From positions 62,001 through 126,000 of the forward strand of contig JBMNHG010000002.1 of assembly GCA_050950285.1 (NCBI GenBank): DNA of 64,000 nucleotides, read 5' to 3'. Made by a program: the position numbers and the translations under genes. The number at the start of each line of letters is the position of its first letter. The stretch's first letter is position 1. Of this stretch, positions 10,361 to 20,971 are shown piece after piece. The notes beneath the pieces are model-generated. The model was not told where the DNA came from and searched no databases. It saw nothing but the letters and a program-made list of their open reading frames with translations. The DNA is from Kiritimatiellia bacterium (GTDB lineage Bacteria > Verrucomicrobiota > Kiritimatiellia > RFP12 > JBMNHG01).

Positions 10361-11560
10361 ATGCGAATCCTCCTCGTCAGCGGAATCGGCCGCCTCGGCG
10401 GCGCCGAGCGCAGCCTGCTCGACTGGAGCGGTGCCGCGCAAGGGGTCCGTTTCCATGCCGCGGTTCCGCCCGGCGACCTCGCGGAAGCCTTCGTCCGCCG
10501 CAGCGTGCCGGTGGATTCGCTCCCCACGCTCCGCCTCCATCGCTTTCGCGGGAATCCGTTCCGGCTCGCGGCGGACCTGTCCCGGCTCGCCCGGGCGATC
10601 GCGGTGCTCCGCCGCGCGCTCCGCCGCGCGCCGGCCGATCGCATCGTCGCGAACTCCCTCCCCGCCGCACTGGCGGCGGTTCTCGCCTCCGCGGGGAAGC
10701 CTCCCGTCGTCTGGCACGTGCGGGACCTGCGCTTCCCGGCCGGCGCGGCCCGTTTCGCGGCACGCCGCTGCACGCACCTGGTGGCCATCTCCCGCGCGGT
10801 GGACGCCCGCTTGCGCGAAGCACTTCCCGTCGGATGGCACTCCCGCATTTCGTGCATCCCGAACGGCATCGACTTCGGCGACCTCGATTCCCGGCGCACG
10901 GACCGGGCGACGGCGCGCAGCGCGCTCGGGCTTCCCGCGGACGCACGAATCGTCGGGATGCTCGCCCAGTCCGTCCCGTGGAAACGCCACGACCTCTTCC
11001 TGGCGATGGCCCTGCGCCTCGCCGGACGCCACCCCGGCCTCCGCTTCGCGATCGCCGGCGCCGGCACGGAAGCGCTCTCCGTCCCTGGCGCCTTGCGCCC
11101 GCGCCTCGCGACGCTGGGCGATGTGGACGGAATCGCCTTTCTGCAAGCCGTGGACATCCTGGTCCATCCCGCCGAAGACGAGCCCTTCGGACGCTGCCTC
11201 TGCGAGGCGATCGCGCTCGGCACGCCCGTGGTCGCAGTCGATTCCGCCGGCCCATCGGAAATCGTGGCTTCCGCAGGCGCGGGAATCCTCGTGCCGCCGT
11301 CCGATGCCGTGCCGGAATCCCTGGCATCGGCCGTCGATCGGCTTCTGGAGGACGCCCCGTCCCATACGGAGGCCATCGCCGAAGCGCAAAAACGCGTGCG
11401 CACGATCTTCGACGCCCGCCGCGTCGCAACGTCCATGCTGGCCTTGCTCCGCGGCGACACCGTCGCGGGCGAAAGCGCGACCGCCCCGCAAAACCCGCCC
11501 CACCCTTCGGGCAAACCGCAACAGGGCATCTTCCCATGGCCCGATCCACCTTCGCCTTGA
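10361..11560 (+). CDS. Glycosyltransferase family 4
   Basis: MRILLVS..GGAERSL, VWHVRD, IPNGID, EPFGRCLCEAIALGTPVV. Confidence 0.88.
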   Translation: MRILLVSGIGRLGGAERSLLDWSGAAQGVRFHAAVPPGDLAEAFVRRSVPVDSLPTLRLHRFRGNPFRLAADLSRLARAIAVLRRALRRAPADRIVANSLPAALAAVLASAGKPPVVWHVRDLRFPAGAARFAARRCTHLVAISRAVDARLREALPVGWHSRISCIPNGIDFGDLDSRRTDRATARSALGLPADARIVGMLAQSVPWKRHDLFLAMALRLAGRHPGLRFAIAGAGTEALSVPGALRPRLATLGDVDGIAFLQAVDILVHPAEDEPFGRCLCEAIALGTPVVAVDSAGPSEIVASAGAGILVPPSDAVPESLASAVDRLLEDAPSHTEAIAEAQKRVRTIFDARRVATSMLALLRGDTVAGESATAPQNPPHPSGKPQQGIFPWPDPPSP

Positions 11561-12429
11561 ACCTGCTCCTCTTCGCGGCCGCCTCCGCATGCGCCACGAA
11601 CCTCCTCCATCGCGCCGGTTCCCCCATCGTGATGGACGGGCGTCTCATCGAGCCTTGCTGGTCGAATGCGGCGGCGCGCGCAGTCCATGTGGTCCACGGC
11701 ACGAAAGGCGTCACGAACGACGCGCCCCCCATGCTCGTGCGCGCCACGTGGGACGATCGTTTCTACTACATCGGCTACGAATTCTTCGACACGAACATCA
11801 CCGCGTACGGGACGGGCGTCTTCGAAGGCCCTGCGGACCGTCCGCGCGAGTGCGCCCGCATCTCCCCGGGCGCGGATGCCCCGGGCTGCGACGTCGCGGA
11901 GTTCTTCCTCTCCTGGGGCTCGCCCGCCTTCTTCTGGGAGCTGCACCACAACGCGTCGAACTGCTTCTCCGACGTCTGGTGCGCGGTCCTCCCGGAGTCC
12001 CATCCCGACGCCGGCGCCCCGCCCTTCGCCTATGGCATCTATTTCGGCCGCGAAGCGACGCTTCGGGATGAAGGCGCGAATCGCCTGGAGAGCGCCGTGC
12101 ACCTCCTCCCGCGCGCGGACGGCCACCCCTCGACGATCAACGACGCCTCGGATGTCGACACCGGCTACTCCGCCGAAATCCGCATCCCCTGGGGCGCCTT
12201 CGCGCCACGCTCGCTGGCCCGCTTCCAGGGTCGCGGGGAGCCTCCGGCCTGGCATCCCTCCGGCGCCACCCTCTGGATGCTCTCGGTCTGCCAGAACCCG
12301 GACACCGGCCATCGCTACCACCACGATTCCCCTTCCTTCCCGGGCGGATGGTTCCACCACGGCGCGAAGTTCTGGCCCCGCTACCGATTGGTGGATCCCG
12401 CGGAAGAATCCGAAACGAGCAACCCATGA
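11536..12429 (+). CDS. Secreted CBM9/DOMON-like carbohydrate-binding protein
   Basis: Signal peptide; IVMDGRLIEPCW..A, VRATWDD..YYIG, DVAEFF, GYSAEIRIPW pattern of CBM9-like domains. Confidence 0.65.
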   Translation: MARSTFALNLLLFAAASACATNLLHRAGSPIVMDGRLIEPCWSNAAARAVHVVHGTKGVTNDAPPMLVRATWDDRFYYIGYEFFDTNITAYGTGVFEGPADRPRECARISPGADAPGCDVAEFFLSWGSPAFFWELHHNASNCFSDVWCAVLPESHPDAGAPPFAYGIYFGREATLRDEGANRLESAVHLLPRADGHPSTINDASDVDTGYSAEIRIPWGAFAPRSLARFQGRGEPPAWHPSGATLWMLSVCQNPDTGHRYHHDSPSFPGGWFHHGAKFWPRYRLVDPAEESETSNP

Positions 12430-13646
12430 GCATCGCCGTCACTCCAACCCATCTCGAAAAGGCGCAGGCGCTGGTTGACGAAGCCCATGCGCATGGCGGG
12501 CTCGCGCCGATGGACCTCGACGCCTTCTGGGAAGACGACGCCCGCGCCCGCGCAGACCCCTTCTCGCCCGATGCGCCGCAAGTCGCGCTTGGCATCGGCA
12601 TGTCGCACGAATGCCTCTTTGCGGAACTGGATGTCCCCGAGGACTGGTTCCGCTATCACCATGATCCCGCCTGGCTGCGCGAACTCGCCAAGGAGTACAA
12701 CGACCGCGCCGAGCGGATTGTCGGCCGCCGCCTGCTGGACGAGGCGCCCCTTCCCCCGCCGGAGGATCGCTGGCCCACGCCGCGCGGCCTCGATGAAATC
12801 TTCGAGGCGGAGACCGTCTTCCACCATGAATCGTTCTGGCTGATGCAACGGGTTTCCACGCCTGCGGAGCTCTCGGCGTTGCTCGACCGCGTGGAGCGCC
12901 GTCTCGACCGCCTTCGCGAGTTCCTCCTCCCGCCCGAATGGGACCGCGCGAAGGCGCGCCTCGAACGCCGCGGCATCCCCTCCCCCATCTACCGGGGGCA
13001 ACGCGGCCCCGTCACCTTCGCCTGCTCCCTCTTCGGCGCGGAGAACCTCATCTTCCTTCTCTTGGACGAACCCGCCCTCGCGGCGCGCTTCCGCGATGTC
13101 ATCCTTCGGGCCATCCTCGAACGGGCGCGCATCCTGGACATCGAAAGGGGCTGGACGAATCCGGCCGACGCCCGGCATGGCTGGGGATGGGCGGACGACA
13201 ACTGCTGCTTGCTCAACAAGGAACTCTACGACGTTTTCGCGAAACCCATCCTGCAGGCGGTGTTCGACCGGTATAGCCCGGATCCCGGCGATTCGCGCTA
13301 CCAGCACTCCGATTCCGCGATGGCGCAACACCTCCCCACCCTCGCCGAACTGGGATTGAACGGCTGCAACTTCGGTCCCACCCTCACCGTGGAGGAAATC
13401 CGCGCACACTTTCCGCACGCCGTGATTGACGGACAGATTGCGCCGTTCACCTTCAGCCGGAACGACGAGGTGAACCTTGTGGCGGAAGCCATCCGCGACT
13501 GCGAAATGGCGAAACCCGCCCGCGGGCTGCGACTGGGGACGGCCGGCTCGATCAACAACGGGTCTCGCCTTACGGGGCTTCGCCTCGTCATGGCCGCCAT
13601 CCAGCGCCACGGGCGCTACGATTCCGGACGGGAGGAGAAGGCATGA
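12426..13646 (+). CDS. Uroporphyrinogen decarboxylase (URO-D/MtaA) family protein
   Basis: GPVTFACSLFG, ADDNCCLL..ELY..F..P, HSDS; C-terminal GTAGSI barrel motif. Confidence 0.75.
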   Translation: MSIAVTPTHLEKAQALVDEAHAHGGLAPMDLDAFWEDDARARADPFSPDAPQVALGIGMSHECLFAELDVPEDWFRYHHDPAWLRELAKEYNDRAERIVGRRLLDEAPLPPPEDRWPTPRGLDEIFEAETVFHHESFWLMQRVSTPAELSALLDRVERRLDRLREFLLPPEWDRAKARLERRGIPSPIYRGQRGPVTFACSLFGAENLIFLLLDEPALAARFRDVILRAILERARILDIERGWTNPADARHGWGWADDNCCLLNKELYDVFAKPILQAVFDRYSPDPGDSRYQHSDSAMAQHLPTLAELGLNGCNFGPTLTVEEIRAHFPHAVIDGQIAPFTFSRNDEVNLVAEAIRDCEMAKPARGLRLGTAGSINNGSRLTGLRLVMAAIQRHGRYDSGREEKA

Positions 13647-15721
13647 GGCGTTTCGCGGCAAGCGGAACGGCGCGCCGCGCCTGCTTCCTCGCGCTGGCCA
13701 TGCTCGCGACGGGATGGGTGCGGGCGCAGGAGTTCCCCATCGAGCCGGGCGAAGCGCCGCTCGCCATCCCCGCGCCATCCCCGGCAATCCACCCCGGAGT
13801 GGCGATGGTCCGCCTCTGGCCCTGGGAAGCCACCCCCGGCGGCGCCCGCCTTGCGGCCTCGACACCCGAAGGCGAGCCGCGCGGATGCCTCGCCGCGGCC
13901 TGGGAAGCCGACGGGCCGCTGGACCTTCTCGTGGAACTTCGCGAAGGGGATTCCCGCCTGCATGTGACGGTCGCGCCCGACGCCGCGCCCATCTCCTTCG
14001 AGCCCGCGCCCGACGCCTGGACGCCGCAGGCCGGGCTCGTCCTGGAGACCCGCCCCTTCCCGGCCGGACTGGAAGCGCCCGGCGGCATCGAGGCGATGCG
14101 CACGGCCTGGAACAACAGCGGCGCGCCGCCTTTCGGGCGTTCGCTGGTGCCGAACATCTTCCACGGCATCCATCCCAACGGACCCGCACAGGCGCTGCTC
14201 GCCCGCTATGCGGGATGGTTCCGGACGGACACCCCCGGCGCCTACGCCTTCGCCGTATTGTCCGACGACGCCTCGTTCCTGCTCGTGGACGGCGCGCCGC
14301 TCGCCGAATGGCCGGGATGGCACGGACTCGACGATTCGGGACGACGAGGGGAGCGCAACGGCTCGATCGAGCTTGCGCCGGGCTGTCATTCGCTTGAACT
14401 CCTCAATGCGCAGAACGATGCGGGATTCTCCGTGGCGGCTGCCTGGAAACGCCCGGGCGACGAGCACTTTTCCATCATCCCGCCCGAGGCCATTCCCTCC
14501 CCCGTTGTCTACCATGCGTCCGTCGACGAAACCACCGCGCACGCCCCGGCGGCGTTCGGGTGGGAGATTGCGGAACACGCCATGGTGAATCCGTCCCTGG
14601 GCCTCGTCGGGGTGCGCTTCGCGGCGCTCGAGCCGCGCGACGACTGCTACTACCGCTGGTACTTCGACGATGGGGCGGCGGCCGAGGGATACGACGTGCG
14701 GCACGTCTTCTCCGCGCCGGGGGCGGTGCGCGTCCGCTTCGAGGTGCGCACGACGTCCCACGAGCCCGTCGCATCGCTCGAACGGACCGTCTCCGTCCAC
14801 CCCCGATGGCTCCAGCGGCACGAATGCCCGGACGACGCCTATGCGCGACTGCGGGACGAAATCCGCGCGGAGGGGCCGGCCCCGCGCACTCCGGCGTCCC
14901 TCGCGCAATTGGTCGGGATTGCGGAGGCGCAGCAGGATTCCGACTTCCTGGCCGACCTCGCGGAAGCCTGCCACGGCCGCCGCGCGGAATTCACGGGTGC
15001 GGAGGCCGAGGCCCTGCTGCGGCTCGGCTTCTTCGCCCAGCATCCTTCCTTTCGACGCTATGCGTGGGTCGGGGATTTCTGGCGGGCGCTCCTGGACGCG
15101 GAGCCCGCGCCGGACGACGGCGTCCTCGCGCGATGCCGCCTGCATCTCGCCGGCTTCCTCATCCACACCGGCGAAGCCTTCGACGAAGCGGCCCGCCTCC
15201 TTGCGGGGATTCCGGAGGATGCGCTTTCCGAAAGCGACGGGCGGCTGCGCCTGATCTTCACGGCGGACATTCACGCGATGCGCGGCGAACGCGAGGCCGC
15301 CACGGCCCTCTACCGCCAGGCGGGCACGGTGGTCGACTCGGACAACACGGCCTATCACGTTCGCCGTCTCGCGCGCCTCGAGGCCGCCCGGCACTACCTG
15401 CGGGATGCCGATTTCGACGCTGCCGAAGCCGTCGCCCGCGAAATCGAATGGGAATGCCCGCTGGAACGGCTCGGCCTCGAAACGGGGCTCATCCTCGTGG
15501 AGTCCTTCCGCGGACGCGGCGAAATCCCCTTCGCGCTGGCGGAATGCCGCCGCATGCTCCGTTCGGCCGGGGATGCGCCGCGACGTCCGGAACTGCTGCT
15601 CGCCGCCGCGCGCCTGTGCCGGGAAACGGGGGCTGCCGAAGAGATGGGACGGCTTCTCGCCGACCTGTACGGCGACTATCCCTACAGCGAATCCGCCGCC
15701 ATCGCGCGCGACGAGTTCTGA
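13643..15721 (+). CDS. Secreted PA14 + PKD + TPR-like domain protein
   Basis: Signal peptide; RYAGWF....GAYAFAVLSDDASFLLVDG (PA14); YRWYFDDG....G..VRHVFSAPG (PKD); helical C-terminus ending YPYSE.A. Confidence 0.75.
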   Translation: MRRFAASGTARRACFLALAMLATGWVRAQEFPIEPGEAPLAIPAPSPAIHPGVAMVRLWPWEATPGGARLAASTPEGEPRGCLAAAWEADGPLDLLVELREGDSRLHVTVAPDAAPISFEPAPDAWTPQAGLVLETRPFPAGLEAPGGIEAMRTAWNNSGAPPFGRSLVPNIFHGIHPNGPAQALLARYAGWFRTDTPGAYAFAVLSDDASFLLVDGAPLAEWPGWHGLDDSGRRGERNGSIELAPGCHSLELLNAQNDAGFSVAAAWKRPGDEHFSIIPPEAIPSPVVYHASVDETTAHAPAAFGWEIAEHAMVNPSLGLVGVRFAALEPRDDCYYRWYFDDGAAAEGYDVRHVFSAPGAVRVRFEVRTTSHEPVASLERTVSVHPRWLQRHECPDDAYARLRDEIRAEGPAPRTPASLAQLVGIAEAQQDSDFLADLAEACHGRRAEFTGAEAEALLRLGFFAQHPSFRRYAWVGDFWRALLDAEPAPDDGVLARCRLHLAGFLIHTGEAFDEAARLLAGIPEDALSESDGRLRLIFTADIHAMRGEREAATALYRQAGTVVDSDNTAYHVRRLARLEAARHYLRDADFDAAEAVAREIEWECPLERLGLETGLILVESFRGRGEIPFALAECRRMLRSAGDAPRRPELLLAAARLCRETGAAEEMGRLLADLYGDYPYSESAAIARDEF

Positions 15722-15755
15722 ACCCGCCTGCGCAAACGCAGGGGGCGTCCCGCGC

Positions 15756-16733
15756 TCATTCCCCCGGTTCCGGGACGGCTTCGGCCGGCGTGGCCGCGCG
15801 TCCCCGGACCATGGCGGCGGCCTCTTCGAAACAGAGGTCGAGGTAGTCGGGGGAAAAGGCGGAGGCGTGCGGGTAGAGGAAGCAGTTCGGCGCGGCGCGC
15901 AGCGGGGAGTCCGCAGGCAGAGGCTCCTCCTGGAAGACATCGAGGACGGCGCCGCCGAGGGCGTTCTGCCGCAGCGCGGCGGCCAACGCCGCCTCGTCGA
16001 CGAGGTTTCCCCGTCCGAAGTTGTAGAGGAAGGCGGAGGGCTTCAGAAGCGCGATCCGCCGCGCATCGAGGAGGTTCGTCGTTTCGGGGCCCGACGGCAG
16101 GAAGCAAACGAGATGGTCGGCCGACGGAAGCACGGCGTCGAGTTCGTCCGCGCCCACGACGCGATCCGCCGCCGCAGGGTCCGGCGCGGGGGAACGGCGG
16201 ACGCCGACGACGACGGCGCCCAGGGGCTTCACCAGGGCGCCGAAGGCCCGGCCGATGTGGCCGAAGCCCAGGACGACGACCGTCTGGCCCGACAATCGCC
16301 TCGCGTGCGGCACCATCTCCTGCCGGGGCCAGACGATTCCGTAGCCGTCCTGGCGCATCGCGTTCGCGAAGGGGAGCAGGCCGTGCGAACAGGCGAGGAC
16401 CGCCCCCAGCGCGGCCTCCGCCATGATGGCGCCATGGAAGGTGCCGTAATGGACCGTGACCTCCGGCGGCGGAGAAACGCGGAAGTAGTCGCGTCCGGCG
16501 GCGGGGGTGCAGAGGTGCCGGAGTTTCGGCGCTCGCCCGAACCATTCCTGGCGGAAGCGCCACACGAACACGGCGGAGGCCTCCGGAAGCATGGCCAGGA
16601 ACTCCTCTTCCGTCCGGCAGAGGTGCGCGGGAACGCCGTCGGCGCAAAGCGCCTCGAAGCGTCGCACCTGTCCGTCCGTCGGCTGGAAGCAGGAAAGGGA
16701 GTTGGGGAGGTAGATGAGCCGCATGTGTGTCAT
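15756..16733 (-). CDS. D-2-hydroxyacid dehydrogenase (NAD-binding)
   Basis: GFGHIG, NFGRGNLVDE, LDVFQEEPLP, YPHAS. Confidence 0.92.
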   Translation of the reverse strand: MTHMRLIYLPNSLSCFQPTDGQVRRFEALCADGVPAHLCRTEEEFLAMLPEASAVFVWRFRQEWFGRAPKLRHLCTPAAGRDYFRVSPPPEVTVHYGTFHGAIMAEAALGAVLACSHGLLPFANAMRQDGYGIVWPRQEMVPHARRLSGQTVVVLGFGHIGRAFGALVKPLGAVVVGVRRSPAPDPAAADRVVGADELDAVLPSADHLVCFLPSGPETTNLLDARRIALLKPSAFLYNFGRGNLVDEAALAAALRQNALGGAVLDVFQEEPLPADSPLRAAPNCFLYPHASAFSPDYLDLCFEEAAAMVRGRAATPAEAVPEPGE

Positions 16734-16843
16734 GTCCCAAACCATAGCACTCGCAAACGAATTCGTCCATCCCGCTACGGGCGGAAGCCGCGGAGCACGC
16801 GCCCACCCTGCCGGGATGGCGGCGGGGAGGCGAAGGCGATGCT

Positions 16844-19075
16844 TCAGACGAAATCGGGGAGGTCGCTTCCGGCGAAATCCTCTTCCGGTGGCGATTCGGA
16901 CGGGATGGCGGAGAAGATCCCGGGCGGCAAGGGCGGAGAAACCGCGCCGGCAGCGGCGGAAGAAGGGGTGTCCGGGACGGTCGTGGGGTTCTTTTCAACC
17001 GGGACGTCCGCCTGGGGCGGAGGGATGAGGCCGCGCCGCTCGATTTCGGCGCGGAGGACCTTCTCGCGCGCGGGCCAGCGAGCGTCGGGACGCTGCAGCG
17101 TCTTGATCCGCATGGTGAGTTCCAGGCGGCGGATGTCGTTTTCCGGAGTGGCCGGTTGCGCATCGATGCGGTCGCGTTCCGCGGAGAGTTCGTCGGCCCA
17201 GATGCGCACGACGAGATCCTGCATCGCCTCTTCCGGGGTCGACTCCTGGGCGCGCATCACGCGCGATTCGCTCCGGACGAGCGCGGCGACGAGGCCGGCG
17301 AGCGATCCGGTGGCGGACGCTGCCAGTTCGGCGAGGCGATCCACGCCGGTGAGGCGGGTTTCAAGGGCGGCGGCGACCACGGCCCGGGCGTCGGGATGGT
17401 CGATGAGATCCAGCGGAAGATAGGACTGGAGGATGGTGGCGGGCGCTTCCGCCGACTCGTGGTGCATCAGCAGCTCGCAGATGCCGTAGGCCGCCTTGGG
17501 AATGGGCTTCGGGCGGGGGGGCGCGGGAGGGCGCGAGGCGGGGAAGTCGTCTTCTCGCGGCTGGATGACGTCGTCGGAGAAGGGGAGGTCAAAGGGGATC
17601 GGGTCGTCCGAAAACGGCGGGGCATCCTCCTCTTCGGGGATCTCGGGGGGGGCGTCGCCGCGGATGTCCTGGACGGCAGAGGCGCGGATGGGGGCGATGG
17701 CGACGGGCTTCGCACGGGCGGAGCCGTCGGGGAAGCGGGCCTTCCGCCCGGCGTAGCGCGCCCGTTCGGCGCGAAGGGATTCGAGATCCTCCTCGAGGGC
17801 GGAGACGGGCAGGTGGAGCTCGTCCGCGGCGTTCTGGAGGAGGCTCGAACGAAGGACGGCCGTGGAGCAACCCGCGATGAGGTCGAGGGCGGAACGCGCG
17901 ATGCGCGAGAGGACGTTCACGGCGTCCGGGTCCGTTTCCCGGGCGCGAAGCGCGCGGATTTGGAAGGTGGTGAGCGAGACGGCGGCGTCGAGGGCGTCGC
18001 GGAAGGCCGCCGGACCCCGCGTGCGGAGGAACGAGTCGGGATCCTCGCCGGGAGGGAGGGCGGCCACGCGGACGGGAAGGTCCTGCTCGAGCAGGATGGC
18101 GCCGGTTCGTATGGCGGCGTTGATCCCGGCGCCGTCTCCGTCGAAGACGAGCGTGACGCTGTCGGCGGAGCGCTTGAGAATCTCGGCGTGTTCGACGGTG
18201 AAGGCGGTTCCCTGCGCGGCCACGGCCGTCGGGAAACCGCACGCATGGCATCGGATGACGTCGATCTGCCCTTCGCAAAGGATGGCCTCGCGGCGCACAT
18301 CTTTCAGGATGCTGGCGCGGGCCTTGTCGAGGGCATAGAGGGTCCGGCTCTTCCGGAAGATGGGCGTCTCCGGGCTGTTGACGTACTTGCCGGTGTTCTT
18401 CCTGTCGCGGAGGAGCCGCCCGCTGAAGGCCACCACGCGCCCCTGCGTGTCGCGGATGGGGAACATGAGGCGGCCGCGGAAGCGGTCGAAGTAGTCATCG
18501 TCGCGGCCGGGCTGGTTGGGAGGGGCGAGGAGGCCGGCGGAGACGAGCGTTTCGGGGTCGTAGCCATGCTTTTCGCCCCAGCGGACGAGCGCGTTGCGGG
18601 CGTTGGGCGCGTACCCGATGCCGAAGTCGCGGCGGACGGTCTCGTCGAGGGCGCGCGAGTCGAGGTAGTCGCGGGCGATTTTCGCTTCGGCGGTTTGGGC
18701 GAGGCAGCGCTGGTAGAAGGCGGCGAGTTCGGAGTGGACTTCGTAGAGCTTCGCGCGGGCCATGGCGTCGAAGTCGGTTTCGGTATCGACCTTCACCCCC
18801 GCCTTTTCGGCGAGCCGGCGCACGGCCTCGGGAAAGGGGAGGCCGTCGGAACGCATCACGAAATCGAAGAGGTTCCCGTGCGCGCCGCAGCCGAAGCAGT
18901 GGAAGGTCTGCCGGGCGGGGTTCACATGGAACGAAGGGGTCTTCTCGTTGTGGAAGGGGCAGCAGGCCTTGTAGGAGCTTCCGGCGCGTTTGAGGGACAT
19001 GCGCGACCCGATCAGCTCGACGATGTCGATTCGCTGCCGGATTTCCTCGAGGACCTGATCGCTGATGCGTGCCAT
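16844..19075 (-). CDS. dnaG: DNA primase
   Basis: CPFHNEKTPSF zinc finger, FHCFGCG, DRFRGRLMFPI, KYVNSPET, EGQIDVI, FDGDGAG, DPD (TOPRIM). Confidence 0.97.
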   Translation of the reverse strand: MARISDQVLEEIRQRIDIVELIGSRMSLKRAGSSYKACCPFHNEKTPSFHVNPARQTFHCFGCGAHGNLFDFVMRSDGLPFPEAVRRLAEKAGVKVDTETDFDAMARAKLYEVHSELAAFYQRCLAQTAEAKIARDYLDSRALDETVRRDFGIGYAPNARNALVRWGEKHGYDPETLVSAGLLAPPNQPGRDDDYFDRFRGRLMFPIRDTQGRVVAFSGRLLRDRKNTGKYVNSPETPIFRKSRTLYALDKARASILKDVRREAILCEGQIDVIRCHACGFPTAVAAQGTAFTVEHAEILKRSADSVTLVFDGDGAGINAAIRTGAILLEQDLPVRVAALPPGEDPDSFLRTRGPAAFRDALDAAVSLTTFQIRALRARETDPDAVNVLSRIARSALDLIAGCSTAVLRSSLLQNAADELHLPVSALEEDLESLRAERARYAGRKARFPDGSARAKPVAIAPIRASAVQDIRGDAPPEIPEEEDAPPFSDDPIPFDLPFSDDVIQPREDDFPASRPPAPPRPKPIPKAAYGICELLMHHESAEAPATILQSYLPLDLIDHPDARAVVAAALETRLTGVDRLAELAASATGSLAGLVAALVRSESRVMRAQESTPEEAMQDLVVRIWADELSAERDRIDAQPATPENDIRRLELTMRIKTLQRPDARWPAREKVLRAEIERRGLIPPPQADVPVEKNPTTVPDTPSSAAAGAVSPPLPPGIFSAIPSESPPEEDFAGSDLPDFV

Positions 19076-19093
19076 GGGTGCGGACCGAGGGAG

Positions 19094-19609
19094 CTACCGC
19101 GATGGTTTGCCGCCGTCGGGAAGAACGTGGTGGAGGCAGGCCGAAGAGAAACGTCCGAGGACGGACTTCTCGAAAACGGTCTTGCGCGCGTCGCCAAGCG
19201 GCAGGACAAAGACAACCGCGAAGACCACGAAGCAGAGGAGAAGCCCGCGGACGAGGCCCGCCAGAAAGCCCAGGATGGCATCGACAGGCTGGCGGATGGT
19301 GGCGTGTGCGATCTTCCCGAAGAGGAGCCGCAGGAGAAGGAAAAGGAGGGCCGACAGGAGGGCGGCAAGCAACACGGCGAAGACCGTGGACAGAAGAGGG
19401 GTGGCCTTGATCGAGCCGCCGGCGAAGACGCCTCGGAGATGCGGATAGAACCAGATTCCGGCGGCGACCGACGCCAGGGCGGCGAACAGGGAGGCAAGTT
19501 GGCCGGAAAGGCCTCGGCAGGATCCGGCGATCGCGACCAGAAGCAGGACAAGTCCTGCGGCGATGTCGATCCATTCGCCGGGTTCGATGGACTGGAGGAA
19601 AGCGGTCAT
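19094..19609 (-). CDS. CvpA (colicin V production) family membrane protein
   Basis: WIDI...RGL...; VDAILGFLAGLVRG; four TM segments; S.L.. tail. Confidence 0.8.
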   Translation of the reverse strand: MTAFLQSIEPGEWIDIAAGLVLLLVAIAGSCRGLSGQLASLFAALASVAAGIWFYPHLRGVFAGGSIKATPLLSTVFAVLLAALLSALLFLLLRLLFGKIAHATIRQPVDAILGFLAGLVRGLLLCFVVFAVVFVLPLGDARKTVFEKSVLGRFSSACLHHVLPDGGKPSR

Positions 19610-19624
19610 GGGGCCGATACGCGC

Positions 19625-20770
19625 CTAGAAGCTGCGGAGCCAGTCCGCGAAGGTGTCGCGCTCGGCGGACGGCTCGGCGATCGCGATGAAGTATTCGCCA
19701 TAGTCATGGGCCTCCTCCATCCGGCCCTGCCGGACACGCACGTAGGACATCAACTGGAAGAACTTCGCGTCGCGCGGGTGCTCGGTGATGGCGGCGTCGA
19801 GCGTCTGCGAGGCCTGGTCGTAGTCGGCGCTGGAGTAGAGGATCAGCGCAAGGTCGTAGAGGGCGGAGGCGTCGTCGGGACGGATGTTCACGGCCTGCTG
19901 GAAGGCCTGGATGGCCGGGGCGGGATCGTTGAGGTCGCGATAGGCGCGCCCGAGTCCCTGGGCCGCCTCGAAGTGGAGCGGATCGGCGCGGAGGGCGCGG
20001 GAGAATCCGGCGCAGGCTTCGCGGATCTTGTTGTTCTTGCGGGCCTTCACGGCGGCTTCGTATTCGAGCCTCGCCCTGCCGGGCTCCCGCAGGAGGGAAT
20101 CCGGGGATGGCGCCGTGGATTGTCCCACGCCGGATGCACGGAGAAGTTCGATCGCCTCGGCGGCGACGCTGCGGCGCGGATCGTTCGGAGGCGCCAAGGC
20201 AAGGAACTTCGTGAACTGGTCGAGGGCTTTGTCGGGCATGTGCATGTTGCGTCGGTACAACTGGCCCAGATTGAAGTAGGCGACGGGGTTGTCCGGCTGG
20301 TTGCGCAGAGCCTGGAGGATTCGGAGCCGCGCGACGTCCGGACGCCCGGCGCCGACCTCGGCGAGGGACATGGCCAGGAAGGATTCCGTGGGGTCGTCGG
20401 CGATCTGGGCGGCCTTGCGGAAGGCGTCCCGGGCTTCCGGCCACTGCTCCAGGGCAAGCCGCGCATGGCCCAGGAAGAGGAGCGTGTCGCCCTCGTCGGG
20501 TTCGAGCGTCAACGAGGCCTCGAACGCCTTCGCGGCCTCTTCCATGCGCCCGAGCCGATAGAGCGCGACGCCGCGGTTGTACTGGATGGATCCGGAGGGG
20601 GGGAGTTTCTTTGCGGCGGCGTCCAATTCTTTGATCGCGGACTTCGACTCTCCGGATCGCAAGGCGTCGAGGCCACGCTGCAACCGCTCTTCGGGCCGTG
20701 CGCACCCCAGCGCAAACAAGACGAAAACAAACCCCAGGGCGGGGAAGCAAGAGGATGGGAAAGGCTTCAT
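19625..20770 (-). CDS. TPR-repeat lipoprotein
   Basis: ALGC lipobox; multiple TPRs (YNRGVALYRLGR..EA..AF, AYFNLGQLY). Confidence 0.85.
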   Translation of the reverse strand: MKPFPSSCFPALGFVFVLFALGCARPEERLQRGLDALRSGESKSAIKELDAAAKKLPPSGSIQYNRGVALYRLGRMEEAAKAFEASLTLEPDEGDTLLFLGHARLALEQWPEARDAFRKAAQIADDPTESFLAMSLAEVGAGRPDVARLRILQALRNQPDNPVAYFNLGQLYRRNMHMPDKALDQFTKFLALAPPNDPRRSVAAEAIELLRASGVGQSTAPSPDSLLREPGRARLEYEAAVKARKNNKIREACAGFSRALRADPLHFEAAQGLGRAYRDLNDPAPAIQAFQQAVNIRPDDASALYDLALILYSSADYDQASQTLDAAITEHPRDAKFFQLMSYVRVRQGRMEEAHDYGEYFIAIAEPSAERDTFADWLRSF

Positions 20771-20971
20771 GAAGTGAAAGTATACTGCGGAATCCCGGCG
20801 GGAGACAAGAGCGAACGAACCGCGAAAAACGGGGGGACCCGCCCCGGCCTCGCATCTGGAATTGGCGGACAGTCATGATCCCCCAGGGGAGGCAGTCCTG
20901 CGCAGGGGAAGGCCATGGGGAAGGACGTCGGAAGGGAATAGCGGTGGCTCTGGCCGCCGGGCGAGGGCGGG

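Noticed and set aside
17500..17760. Possible intein or insertion making DnaG long (743 aa)
   Set aside because: Extra sequence is a Pro/acidic low-complexity linker with no intein splice motifs or LAGLIDADG blocks.
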